A stretch of 64,000 bases of DNA from Ignavibacteria bacterium (GCA_013204605.1 JABMNI010000014.1:55151-119150); one strand, 5' to 3'; shown: positions 19,319-28,958, numbered from the stretch's first letter. Notes: generated by a model not told the origin, from the letters alone. A program made the numbers and translations.

Positions 19319-21238
19319 GTGAATATGGCACAGCAAGATCCGGATGATCGCAATGATCAAGAGGGTGCAAAAAATGAATCGGGGAAAAGTGACAAGCCAT
19401 CGTGGTGGCAAGACGGCTTTGAAGACGATAACAGTCAGCTGAAGTTCTTCGGTCCGGCCGGTGGTGCCGGAAGAAGTCAATCACCACCCAATGATAACCG
19501 CGGTCAAGGCGGCCAGGGTCAGAGTCGTGGCGGTAGGGGCCAAGGTGGCTACTCAAACCGCGACAACCGCAGTGGCGGCGGTGGAGGCTACTCAAACCGC
19601 GACAACCGAGGCGGCGGCGGTGGAGGCTACGCGAATCGTGATACCCGTGGACCGGATGGATACTCGAATCGCGATACACGCGGTCCGGCGGGGTATTCTA
19701 ATCGGGATAACCGAGGTCAAGGCCGTCCTCCAAGGACAGACGACCACAACCAAACTACCGATAGAAACCCAGACACGAGTAGTCAACCTGATTCTCAGAA
19801 TCGTGATAACCGCGGTGGTAACCAGAATAGAGGCCAGGGCGGAGATCAGAATCGCGATAGCCGCGGTGGATACCAGAATAGAGGCCAGGGCGGCTACCAG
19901 AACAGAGGCCCGGGCGGCTACCAGAACAGAGGCCAGGGCGGGTATCAAAACCGAGACAACAGGGGCCAAGGTAGTCCTCAAGAAGGAGAAAGACAGCCCA
20001 GAGATCCAGCCGACCCAAATCAGCCAGTTGATGGTGCGCAGCCTACTAGCTCAGAGAACAGAACTTTTAGAGCTAGAGGTGAAAGAAGCACGGGTCCTAG
20101 AGATTACAACCAGCCGAACAGACCCGACAACCGTGATCGGCAAGGTGGAAGGTACCAAGGTGGTCCAGATAATCGAGGTCAATCTGGCGGAAGATTCAAT
20201 CGTGATCAACGGGACAATCGTGATCAACGGGATAGTCGAGATAACCGTGGAGGCAGGTACGGCGAACAGAGAGGACCAGCGCAACAAAAATTTAATCCAA
20301 ATTCTAGAAATAGGTTTGCGAAAGATAGTCCCGAGAGTAAGGTACTTAGTGCTGACCAACAGGAATCGACTCAGACAAATCACGTTGGCTCAACGCTGAT
20401 TAAGGCTCTTATCCATTACCAATTTGCGTCGAGAGTTCTTGCGCTTGCAGCTATTAATAGCGGTAGAATAATGGTGAACGATGAGATAGCCACGAAAGCG
20501 AATATGTGGGTGTACCCCGACCAGGATGTATTTGCTGTAGACGGAACGGTGATTCATAAGAAAACCATTAAGCCCCTTACCATAATCTTTCACAAGCCAC
20601 ATAAACTTAGCGGCTCGAAGGAAGAATATCGGAATTCACTTTATAGCACTCTTACGAGTAAAAAAGGATGGCATGTACCATCTGGTGTGCTTACGAAGGC
20701 GGCGTCGGGAATTGTTGTTATTTCGAATGATCCGCGGCATAAAACCATGGAGCTTTCTACAATTAGTAGGCTTACGCGAGATGTGTGGGTGAAGGTGCAA
20801 CGGCTGCCAAAGAAGACAGAACTAACGAAGATTAAAAATCAACTGTTAACGTTGGTTGAATTAGATACTCCAATTTTTGAAATATCGATAGCGCAGAAAA
20901 ATTCCGAAACTGCGTGGGTGAAACTAACGGTGCGAAAAATCACCAATCATCAAATTATGATTGCGTTGAAAGAACAAGGTTTGGAAGCTCTGAACGTAGA
21001 ACGCAGAAGGTTGGGACCATTTAGTGTGGAAGATTTACCAGCAGGCGCATGGTATCGATTGTCCGACAATGATACTGTGGCTCTGGACGAACTTGCGATT
21101 TCAGGGGCGAAAGAGGAGGGAGCTTCTTTGCAAGCGATTTGGCAAAGCATGACGGCGAAACTCTTTGGTGCTTCGTCTGATACTACGTCGGAGATTGATG
21201 AGACTTTTGACGATGAAGAGTATGAAGATGAGGATTAA
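19319..21238 (+). CDS. RGG/YGG-repeat, intrinsically disordered protein fused to an S4 domain and an RluB/RsuA-like pseudouridine-synthase fold that lacks the catalytic Asp
   Basis: 639 aa. Residues ~40-330 are low-complexity repeats (GGYSNRDNR, GGYQNRGQG and similar). The C-terminal ~300 aa align by eye to RluB. The S4 region is LIKALIHYQFASRVLALAAINSGRIMVND. The PUS core is IFHKPHKLSG...PSGVLTKAASGIVVISND, where the canonical VGRLDxxSxGLLL motif is replaced (R>V, D>T). Acidic C-terminal tail DETFDDEEYEDED. Confidence 0.6.
   Translation: MNMAQQDPDDRNDQEGAKNESGKSDKPSWWQDGFEDDNSQLKFFGPAGGAGRSQSPPNDNRGQGGQGQSRGGRGQGGYSNRDNRSGGGGGYSNRDNRGGGGGGYANRDTRGPDGYSNRDTRGPAGYSNRDNRGQGRPPRTDDHNQTTDRNPDTSSQPDSQNRDNRGGNQNRGQGGDQNRDSRGGYQNRGQGGYQNRGPGGYQNRGQGGYQNRDNRGQGSPQEGERQPRDPADPNQPVDGAQPTSSENRTFRARGERSTGPRDYNQPNRPDNRDRQGGRYQGGPDNRGQSGGRFNRDQRDNRDQRDSRDNRGGRYGEQRGPAQQKFNPNSRNRFAKDSPESKVLSADQQESTQTNHVGSTLIKALIHYQFASRVLALAAINSGRIMVNDEIATKANMWVYPDQDVFAVDGTVIHKKTIKPLTIIFHKPHKLSGSKEEYRNSLYSTLTSKKGWHVPSGVLTKAASGIVVISNDPRHKTMELSTISRLTRDVWVKVQRLPKKTELTKIKNQLLTLVELDTPIFEISIAQKNSETAWVKLTVRKITNHQIMIALKEQGLEALNVERRRLGPFSVEDLPAGAWYRLSDNDTVALDELAISGAKEEGASLQAIWQSMTAKLFGASSDTTSEIDETFDDEEYEDED
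19490..19975 (+). repeat. Imperfect in-frame tandem nucleotide repeats (~27-30 nt units) encoding the GGY(S/Q)NR(D/G)(N/Q)R repeats
   Basis: Units such as ggctactcaaaccgcgacaaccg and ggctaccagaacagaggccagggcgg recur many times. The repeats also generate spurious long ORFs in other frames. Confidence 0.7.
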
Positions 21239-22988
21239 ACTGTAGCTCAAATAGCTTAGAGTAGATTCCGCCTGCACGCAACAGTTCTTGGTGTGTGCCG
21301 GTTTCTGCAACTTCACCGTGGTGCATTACTACGATTTTGTTTGCACGTTGAATTGTTGAAAGCCTGTGGGCAATTACAATACTTGTTCTGCCAGCCAACA
21401 ATGTTGAAATGGATCGTTCGATTAACTGCTCTGTTTCAGTATCAATATTCGAAGTCGCTTCATCCAAAATCAGAATGTCGGGGTTGGTTACCAACGCCCG
21501 GCAGAACGAAATCAGTTGTTTCTGTCCAACGCTTAACACCGCACCACGCTCTCGTACGTTGGTGTGGTAGCCATTTGGCAAGCGCGAGATGAACTCATGA
21601 GCACCTAAGGATTTTGCCGCTTCGATGGCGTCTTCTTCCGTAATTCCTTCTCTTCCGAGGGTAATGTTATCAATAACAGTTCTGGAAAACAGAAATACGT
21701 CTTGGAGTACAACAGCAATTCGGTTTCTGATAGTATCCTGGCGTATGTCTCGAACACTAATTCCATTTATCGTGACCTCGCCCTGTTGATAATCATAGAA
21801 CCTAGACAACACGTTGATTATCGAACTTTTTCCTGCTCCGGTTGCGCCAACAAAGGCTACCATTTCGCCTTTGTTTACAGTGAAGTTAACACCTCGTAAA
21901 ACCGGCACAGTTCCATCGTATGAAAAATGTACGTCCTTGAACTCTATAGCCCCCTCCAAACTCTCAAAAGCCTTTGCCTCTGGATTATCTGCAATTACAT
22001 TGTCAGTATCCAAAAGTGAAAAAATTCTTTCAGATGCTACAACGCTAGATTGCAGTGTGTTGTATTTTTCACTTAAGTCTCTTACGGGTCTAAAAAACAT
22101 TTCAGTGAATTGCGTGAATGCAACCAGGATTCCAATCGTCATCTCGCCTGTCACAATGTTCTTTGCTGCGTACCATACAATAACACTTAGCGCCAGACTA
22201 CTAAAAAACTCAACCACCGGAAAAAACGCAGCGTAGTATGTTACTGATCTATCGTGTAGAATTCGGTGTTCTTTATTGATAGCAGAAAACTCTTTGAATT
22301 TCCTATCTTCTTGGCGGAACAACTGAACTACGTTCATCCCCGTAATGTACTCGTTTATGAAGGCATTCATGGTGGAAACCTGCCTTCGTATCAGGTTGTA
22401 CACTACCCTAACCTTGGCTCTGAAAATAAATGAAGCGGTGAGCAAGAACGGCAGAATAAGGCACGTTAGTAGTGTAAGAGTAACTGACGTTTGCCACATG
22501 AAGTACAGGAGCCAAACGATTACCATCACGTCAGAGATCATGAGCACTACGCCGGCCGAAAAGAGTTCGTTTAACACTTCTACATCGCTGGTAACACGGG
22601 TTACAATTCGTCCAACGGGTGTTGTGTCGAAATATCTAAGCGCGAGTTTTTGGACGTGCTGATAGAGTTTATTTCGGATATCAAGTAACACGCGCTGGCC
22701 AATCCACGTCATTAACAACGACAGCCCATATTGCAGAATTCCCTGCAGTATGAGAAAACCCACGATTAACACGACAAAGAATGCAAGGCCATCAGTGTCG
22801 CCTACTACAATATGATCGTCGATAGCTATTCGCGTTAAGTACGGTCTAAGCGGACCCAGTGCGGAAGCGCCCAGCGTAAGGATTACTGCACCAATCAACT
22901 TCAGTTTATAGGGCTGCAAAAACTTGAACAACCTGCGCATCAATTTCGGGTCGAATTTGTGCCGTATTTCTTCTTGATTTCCTTTCAT
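21183..22988 (-). CDS. ABC exporter, fused permease/ATPase (MsbA/lipid-A or multidrug exporter family)
   Basis: 601 aa. 6-TM N-terminal domain. The NBD has Walker A GATGAGKSS, signature LSVGQKQ and Walker B ILILDEATS. An alternative start at Met 22940 is possible. Confidence 0.85.
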   Translation of the reverse strand: MKGNQEEIRHKFDPKLMRRLFKFLQPYKLKLIGAVILTLGASALGPLRPYLTRIAIDDHIVVGDTDGLAFFVVLIVGFLILQGILQYGLSLLMTWIGQRVLLDIRNKLYQHVQKLALRYFDTTPVGRIVTRVTSDVEVLNELFSAGVVLMISDVMVIVWLLYFMWQTSVTLTLLTCLILPFLLTASFIFRAKVRVVYNLIRRQVSTMNAFINEYITGMNVVQLFRQEDRKFKEFSAINKEHRILHDRSVTYYAAFFPVVEFFSSLALSVIVWYAAKNIVTGEMTIGILVAFTQFTEMFFRPVRDLSEKYNTLQSSVVASERIFSLLDTDNVIADNPEAKAFESLEGAIEFKDVHFSYDGTVPVLRGVNFTVNKGEMVAFVGATGAGKSSIINVLSRFYDYQQGEVTINGISVRDIRQDTIRNRIAVVLQDVFLFSRTVIDNITLGREGITEEDAIEAAKSLGAHEFISRLPNGYHTNVRERGAVLSVGQKQLISFCRALVTNPDILILDEATSNIDTETEQLIERSISTLLAGRTSIVIAHRLSTIQRANKIVVMHHGEVAETGTHQELLRAGGIYSKLFELQFNPHLHTLHRQKSHQSPT

Positions 22989-23003
22989 CCCGTAAATTAC
23001 GGG

Positions 23004-24407
23004 ATGATTACCATTACACCATTCGGTGCAGCCGGCGAAGTTACCGGCTCGAGCTATCTAGTTGAAACCCAAAACGGAAATTTATTAGTGGACTTTGGGA
23101 TGTTTCAAGGCGATAAAGATGATGACGCCAGAAATATTATCCCGGGAAAAATTCATAGGACGGCAATAAGTGCTGTGCTGCTCACCCATGCGCATTTTGA
23201 CCATAGCGGACGGTTGCCACTTTTAGTCAGAGAAGGCTACGGTGGGCCAATATTTTCTACGCCAGCCACGCGAGAAATGGCTGAGGTAATTCTGAGTGAT
23301 TCGGCTCACATTCAGACTTCAGATTTTGAACGTAAACAACGTAGATTCAAAAAATTTGGAAAGAAGCTTAATCGAATAGAGCAACCACTTTATGATGCCG
23401 ACGATGTGATCGACACTATGAAATTATTCTCGGACGTACCATACGAAACTGAGGTCAGCATAATTGAAGGTGTTACTGCTGTATTCCATGAGGCTGGTCA
23501 CATGCTGGGTTCAACCAGTATTACGTTACTCGTGCAAGATGAAGGTGCTGTGAAAAATGTTTTGTTTTCGGGCGATCTAGGTCCGTTAGATATGCCGTAC
23601 CTAAAGGATCCTCGTCCACCAAATTTTGCCGACGTCGTTGTTATGGAAGCAACCTACGGCGACCGCGATCATCAGTCGCTCCAAGACACGTTATTGCAAT
23701 TCGCAGCAATTATTCAAAATGCCGTTCAAAACAAAGGAAAGATTTTCATTCCTTCATTTGCAATTGGTCGGGCGCAGCAAATTATTTATCATCTCGCCCA
23801 ATTTATTCGGAATGGACTTGTACCACCACTGCCGATTTACTTAGACAGTCCAATGGCGATTGAAGCGTTCGCTCTTTATAAAAAATACCCCACACTTTTA
23901 GATAGAGAAAGTAGGGAATGGTTGGAGAAGGGACAAATAGCCGAGGACTTAGCAACCCTCGAACTTTGCGCTTCTGCGCAACAGTCAAAGGAAATCAACG
24001 ATACCCGGGGTCCGTTTATAGTGATAGCCGGTGCAGGTATGTGTAACGCCGGACGTATTGTTCACCACCTCTATCACAACATCACCGATCCAAATTCGCA
24101 CATTGTAATTGTTGGATATCAGGCAAGGGGCTCTCTGGGACGCTATATAGTTGACGGAGCGTCGAACGTATCTATCATGGGCGACAGAAAACCAGTGCGA
24201 GCAGAAGTTCACACCTTGGGTGGTTTTAGCGCACACGCCGGTCAAACCGAGTTGTTGAATTGGTACGATCGAGTGGCATCCACAAAGCCCCTTACCATAC
24301 TTACTCATGGCGAAATTGATAGTCGAAATGCATTGTCAGAAAAAATAACGGAGCGGTTTGGTGTGGAGAGCATTAAACCAAGCTATGCACAGATAATCAA
24401 GCTGTAA
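23004..24407 (+). CDS. MBL-fold beta-CASP ribonuclease (RNase J/CPSF-like RNA-metabolising metallo-beta-lactamase)
   Basis: ORF 22959..24407. I prefer ATG 23004 (MITITPFGAAGEVTGSS). HxHxDH motif LLTHAHFDHSG. beta-CASP region with the conserved AGHMLGS. Confidence 0.75.
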   Translation: MITITPFGAAGEVTGSSYLVETQNGNLLVDFGMFQGDKDDDARNIIPGKIHRTAISAVLLTHAHFDHSGRLPLLVREGYGGPIFSTPATREMAEVILSDSAHIQTSDFERKQRRFKKFGKKLNRIEQPLYDADDVIDTMKLFSDVPYETEVSIIEGVTAVFHEAGHMLGSTSITLLVQDEGAVKNVLFSGDLGPLDMPYLKDPRPPNFADVVVMEATYGDRDHQSLQDTLLQFAAIIQNAVQNKGKIFIPSFAIGRAQQIIYHLAQFIRNGLVPPLPIYLDSPMAIEAFALYKKYPTLLDRESREWLEKGQIAEDLATLELCASAQQSKEINDTRGPFIVIAGAGMCNAGRIVHHLYHNITDPNSHIVIVGYQARGSLGRYIVDGASNVSIMGDRKPVRAEVHTLGGFSAHAGQTELLNWYDRVASTKPLTILTHGEIDSRNALSEKITERFGVESIKPSYAQIIKL

Positions 24408-24522
24408 TCACTCCATTATTTGGTACGAATATTTAAAAATCCATGTTTAACATCGTACTATCCTTGATAAATGTAAGAGCTTGAAAAAGTAAAAATTCAA
24501 AAATTAGAAACGGAGTTGTTAC

Positions 24523-25938
24523 GTGGCAGAAAGTTATCGCATTGAAAAAGACTTCTTAGGCGAGCGGGAGATTAGTAATGATTTGTATTACGGTGTTCAA
24601 ACTGTTAGGGCGTTAGAGAATTTTCCAATTACAGGGATACAGATTGCCAGGACTCCAGTATTTATAGTTGGGTTGGCGTATGTGAAGAAAGCTGCGGCCA
24701 TGGCTAATAGGGACTTGGGGGTTTTGGAACCGGATAAGGCCGAAGCAATAATGGCGGCTTGCGAAGATGTGATTAGTGGAAAGTATCACGATCAGTTTGT
24801 TGTAGATGTGATTCAAGGTGGCGCTGGAACATCGACCAATATGAATGCTAACGAGGTAATTGCAAACCGAGCGCTTGAGATTATGGGGCATCCGAAAGGT
24901 GCCTATCACATTATTCATCCTAACGATCATGTGAATTTGTCACAATCAACAAATGATGCGTACCCAACCGCATTTCGAATATCTGTTTACTACGTAACCA
25001 ATTTTTTAATCGAAGCACTTAAAAATTTGCAAACTTCGTTTGAGAAAAAGGGCAAGGAGTTTGAGCAGGTGTTGAAAATGGGACGCACGCAGTTACAGGA
25101 CGCTGTGCCTATGACGCTTGGTCAGGAATTCAATGCGTTTGCGGTGAATATTGGCGAGAATATTATGCGCATTCGAGAAGCGCGCAACTTGGTATTGGAT
25201 ATCAATTTGGGAGCCACTGCAATTGGTAGCAAGATAAATGCTCCTGAGGGTTATCCGAGACTCGCAGTTGAACACCTTCGAAACATAACGGATATCCCCG
25301 TTACTTTGTCGCATGACTTATTTGAGGCAACTTGGGACACCGGCGATTACGTACAGATTTCTGGTGTGTTAAAACGGATTGCGGTTCGGCTTTCAAAAAT
25401 TTGTAATGATCTTCGTTTACTTTCTTCTGGTCCCAGGTGTGGATTCAACGAGATTAATCTTCCCAAGCTTCAGCCGGGATCGAGCATTATGCCAGGCAAG
25501 GTAAATCCGGTTATTCCCGAAGTTGTGAATCAGGTTTGTTTCTTAGTGATTGGGCATGATGTTACTATTTCTTTCGCAGCCGAGGCAGGGCAGCTGCAGT
25601 TGAATGTTATGGAACCAGTTATTGCGTATTGTTTGTACCAATCTCTCGAAACACTTACAACGGCAAGCAACACGCTGCGCACGAAATGTATTGATGGAAT
25701 TTCGGCTAACGTAGAGCACTCAAGAAATATGGTGTTGAATTCCGTAGGAATTGTAACAGCGTTGAGTCCGATTTTAGGCTACGAAATCACATCGCAAATC
25801 GCCAAGGAAGCATTCGAAACTGGTGGATCCGTAATAGACATAGTCCGCAGTAAAGAACTCTTGTCCGACGAGACTATCGACAAAGTTTTCAGCATTGAAA
25901 ACCTGATGAATCCCACATTCATTACCAAGAGAAAATAG
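24523..25938 (+). CDS. aspA: Aspartate ammonia-lyase
   Basis: GTG start. YRIEKDFLGEREI..., QGGAGTSTNMNANEV, signature GSSIMPGKVNPVIPE. The N-terminal block closely resembles aspartase rather than fumarase. Confidence 0.8.
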   Translation: MAESYRIEKDFLGEREISNDLYYGVQTVRALENFPITGIQIARTPVFIVGLAYVKKAAAMANRDLGVLEPDKAEAIMAACEDVISGKYHDQFVVDVIQGGAGTSTNMNANEVIANRALEIMGHPKGAYHIIHPNDHVNLSQSTNDAYPTAFRISVYYVTNFLIEALKNLQTSFEKKGKEFEQVLKMGRTQLQDAVPMTLGQEFNAFAVNIGENIMRIREARNLVLDINLGATAIGSKINAPEGYPRLAVEHLRNITDIPVTLSHDLFEATWDTGDYVQISGVLKRIAVRLSKICNDLRLLSSGPRCGFNEINLPKLQPGSSIMPGKVNPVIPEVVNQVCFLVIGHDVTISFAAEAGQLQLNVMEPVIAYCLYQSLETLTTASNTLRTKCIDGISANVEHSRNMVLNSVGIVTALSPILGYEITSQIAKEAFETGGSVIDIVRSKELLSDETIDKVFSIENLMNPTFITKRK

Positions 25939-25946
25939 CAGGAGCT

Positions 25947-26759
25947 ATGCACAACGTTTGCGAACGATACAATTTGATCCCACATCCGGAAGGTGGATTT
26001 TACCGTGAAGTATTCAGGTCTACAGACGTGGTACAAACAGATAGGGGAGAGCGTTCGGCCATAACGTCGATATACTATTGCCTTACAAGCGGTCAAGTTT
26101 CCAAGTTTCACAAACTGCTTTCTGATGAAGTTTGGTATTGGCATGAAGGGGGCTTAACCACGCTTCATGTACGTACAGTGGATGGACGCACTGAGCACCG
26201 AAAGTGCGGTCCACCAGAACGCGGCGGACGTCTATACGTAGTACTCGAACGCGGCGAATGGTTTTGTGCTACCATAGAGCCCCTTACCGAATACTCTCTT
26301 GTAAGTGCTGCAGTGGCGCCAGGGTTTGACTTTGCAGACTTTACTATGGCAACCAGAGCGGTATTAGTGTTGTGTACTGGGAACACTTGTCGGTCGCAGA
26401 TGGCCGAGGGCTACCTTAACACATTGCCGGGCGTAGTTGCAATGTCAGCCGGAGTAAAAGCCGAAACCGAGGTAAATCCGCACGCTGTGAGAGTAATGGA
26501 AGAAGCAGGGATAGACATTTCCAAACATCATCCAAAGACCGTGGAATCGATGATGGGTCTGCCGTTTACCGACATCATCACCGTCTGCGACCACGCTGCC
26601 GAGACGTGTCCGATGTTTCCCGGAGCGGCGTTCAAACACCATTTAGGTGTTGCTGACCCGGTAGGATACGTTGGGTCAGCAGAAGCAACCTTGGACACCT
26701 ACCGAAAAACGCGCGATGAACTGATGGGTTTAATAATGAAGTGGAACAAAAATTCTTAG
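25947..26759 (+). CDS. Fusion: DUF985-type cupin (N-terminal) plus LMW-PTP-family arsenate reductase ArsC (C-terminal)
   Basis: N-terminal YNLIPHPEGGFYREVFRS matches the cupin_5/DUF985 hallmark. The C-terminal part matches thioredoxin-coupled ArsC: VLVLCTGNTCRSQMAEGYL (the CX5R P-loop) and TVCDHAAETCP (the two resolving Cys). It is a single uninterrupted 270-aa ORF. Confidence 0.65.
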   Translation: MHNVCERYNLIPHPEGGFYREVFRSTDVVQTDRGERSAITSIYYCLTSGQVSKFHKLLSDEVWYWHEGGLTTLHVRTVDGRTEHRKCGPPERGGRLYVVLERGEWFCATIEPLTEYSLVSAAVAPGFDFADFTMATRAVLVLCTGNTCRSQMAEGYLNTLPGVVAMSAGVKAETEVNPHAVRVMEEAGIDISKHHPKTVESMMGLPFTDIITVCDHAAETCPMFPGAAFKHHLGVADPVGYVGSAEATLDTYRKTRDELMGLIMKWNKNS

Positions 26760-26768
26760 GCAGTAACA

Positions 26769-27005
26769 ATGGCAAAAGTAACCGGTCATCCAAACGATCC
26801 GATGCATGGCATCACATTAGAACGAATTTTAAAGCAACTTGTGGAGCGTCATGGCTGGGCCGAAATGGGTGCACGCATTCCTATAAAATGTTTTCAAATC
26901 AGCCCAACGTTGAAATCGAGTCTTGAGTTTTTACGCAAGACCCCATGGGCCCGCCAGAAAGTAGAAAACTGGTTCAAGGAGGAGCAGTCCGGAACAGAAA
27001 GATGA
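26769..27005 (+). CDS. Small DUF2132 (VF530-like) domain protein
   Basis: 78 aa. HGITLERILKQLVERHGWAEMG...CFQISPTLKSSLEFLRKTPWARQKVE matches my memory of the DUF2132 consensus. Confidence 0.5.
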   Translation: MAKVTGHPNDPMHGITLERILKQLVERHGWAEMGARIPIKCFQISPTLKSSLEFLRKTPWARQKVENWFKEEQSGTER

Positions 27006-27128
27006 ATTGTGGGCGATCCTAATTCAGTTACACTTTGAGCACTATTCCGTGACTGTATTATACTTACCTTTGCCACGCAGAGTCATGGGTGATTTTCAAT
27101 TCGAAAACAAACGCAGGTATCAATAGCA

Positions 27129-28949
27129 ATGGCAATGCTCAATTGTGGTTCATCGCGATATTCAGCCCGCATTTTTGTTTGCGCACTTATTGCCATACTT
27201 AGCACAATTCGCGCCGGTGCGCAAGTAGAAAATCAAGCAGACACTACGCAGAATGCACTATGGGTAACGGTGTCGGGCAACGTGTCACTAACTGCTGATC
27301 TATACGACTTCACATCCGACCCCACGGGTAAACAAGCCGGGCGCCGACCAAAACAACTTTATCGTTTAGTATTTAGTCCTACCATTACGCTTGGTGGTCT
27401 TGTTACTCTGCCGTTCAACATTATGTTGACGCTGCCAGAAACCAACGTCACCACCCCTTCCTTACAAAACCCCTCAATAGGTGAGTACTTACTAAACCCT
27501 GCAAACGCATTCGGCTTTTCAAGTTTCGCGCCTCGAATTGGTTGGGCTCAATTCTACTTGGGCTCACACACTCCGCAGTATTCCACACTCTCAAATTCTG
27601 ACCTTCCACTCTTTGGTGCTGGGATTGACTTTCAGCCATTAGGCATGCGTATAGCTGCTTCAGGGGGCGTGGTGCAACGTGCTATTGAGCCCGACTCAGT
27701 TCGCGGTTCACCCGCAACGTACCGACGTGATTTGTACATGGGACGCGTTGGAACTGCCGAAAATGACAATCTCACTTTCGGAGTAAACGTTGTGTACGCG
27801 CGCGATGATGGTGGTTCATTGCAGAACAATGTGGTAGCATTAGTTCCAGAGCGAATAGTAAATGGCGACTTTTCAATAGTCATTCCGCCCGATACATTGC
27901 GCCTGCGTCCAGAAGAGGGGATGATGGCCTCGGCAGATGTAAAGTACATACTATCGAAATCCATCAGCTTTAAAGCCGAAGGTGCAGTATCGAGCTTTAC
28001 GCGCGATCAAACGTCCGAGATAAAAAGTATAGAAGGTAACCCACTGGATCTAGTCACAAAAACTCGCGTTTCTACACGCGTAGACTACGCTGGAACTGCA
28101 AGCGTAGACATCAAGGACAGTTGGTGGGGAGTATCACTCACGGCTTTGTTTATGGGAGCGGGCTATGTGCCGCTGGCACAACCATACCAACAGTCTGACA
28201 GGCTAGAGTGGCGTATAGCCCCCTTCATAAAGGTTTTTGACGGCGACTTATTATGCAATGCAGTTGTTGGTTATCGCATTAACAATCTGTCTGGTACGAA
28301 GGGTGAAACACTATCGCAGGTTATTACGAACGGCAATATCCAAATTCAAATGACGCAGGAATTTTCGACTCTCATTCGGTATTCCAACTTTGGAGTAAGC
28401 AATCAACGCGATCAAGATACTTTGCGAATTAAAAATGTTAGTCAGTCTTTTGGTTTCGAGCCGTTGTTAATGGTAGAAGGTGATGAGGTGTCGCACACAG
28501 TGAATGCCAGTGTGGGAATTGATACTTACGACGATTTCAATGTGGTCTCCGGAATTTCAAGTTCAAATAATATGCGTAGTGCTTCACTAAATTATTTGGC
28601 TTCGATTATTTCGGTTCCCCTTAGCATCGGCGTAAACGGAAACTACATTGAAAACGCTCTCTTTACGGGAGTGTTTATCGTTCGTTCCATGGGCGGTATG
28701 GTGTCGTACAGATTCATGAATGGCGATATTATTCCTTCGCTCGCTCTAACGAATAGCAGCAGTACTTTTGGGAGTAACAATGCCGATCAACAACTCTTTT
28801 TCAAAGCCAGCCTTCGATGGCGCATTACGAAACGCACGTCGTTTAATGCTAGCTACGGAAGCAACAACTATACCTATGGCAATCCTTCTCCGCGCGGAAA
28901 TTCATTCTCGGAACGACTGGTGCAACTAGCATTTAGCACATCATTCTGA
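27129..28949 (+). CDS. Putative outer-membrane beta-barrel protein (secreted; family not recognised)
   Basis: 606 aa. N-terminal signal peptide (CALIAILSTIRAGAQ). Alternating hydrophobic pattern typical of beta strands. Ends ...LVQLAFSTSF with a C-terminal Phe, as OM barrels do. First gene of a three-gene cluster. Confidence 0.5.
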   Translation: MAMLNCGSSRYSARIFVCALIAILSTIRAGAQVENQADTTQNALWVTVSGNVSLTADLYDFTSDPTGKQAGRRPKQLYRLVFSPTITLGGLVTLPFNIMLTLPETNVTTPSLQNPSIGEYLLNPANAFGFSSFAPRIGWAQFYLGSHTPQYSTLSNSDLPLFGAGIDFQPLGMRIAASGGVVQRAIEPDSVRGSPATYRRDLYMGRVGTAENDNLTFGVNVVYARDDGGSLQNNVVALVPERIVNGDFSIVIPPDTLRLRPEEGMMASADVKYILSKSISFKAEGAVSSFTRDQTSEIKSIEGNPLDLVTKTRVSTRVDYAGTASVDIKDSWWGVSLTALFMGAGYVPLAQPYQQSDRLEWRIAPFIKVFDGDLLCNAVVGYRINNLSGTKGETLSQVITNGNIQIQMTQEFSTLIRYSNFGVSNQRDQDTLRIKNVSQSFGFEPLLMVEGDEVSHTVNASVGIDTYDDFNVVSGISSSNNMRSASLNYLASIISVPLSIGVNGNYIENALFTGVFIVRSMGGMVSYRFMNGDIIPSLALTNSSSTFGSNNADQQLFFKASLRWRITKRTSFNASYGSNNYTYGNPSPRGNSFSERLVQLAFSTSF

Positions 28950-28958
28950 TCACGCTTC

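Noticed and set aside
19461-20399. 312-aa plus-strand ORF in an alternative frame, plus minus-strand ORFs 19592..19981 and 19755..20018
   Set aside because: They lie entirely within the tandem-repeat DNA of the RGG domain. The repeats suppress stop codons in several frames. The frame starting at 19319 is continuous with a recognisable S4/PUS domain, so the others are artefacts.
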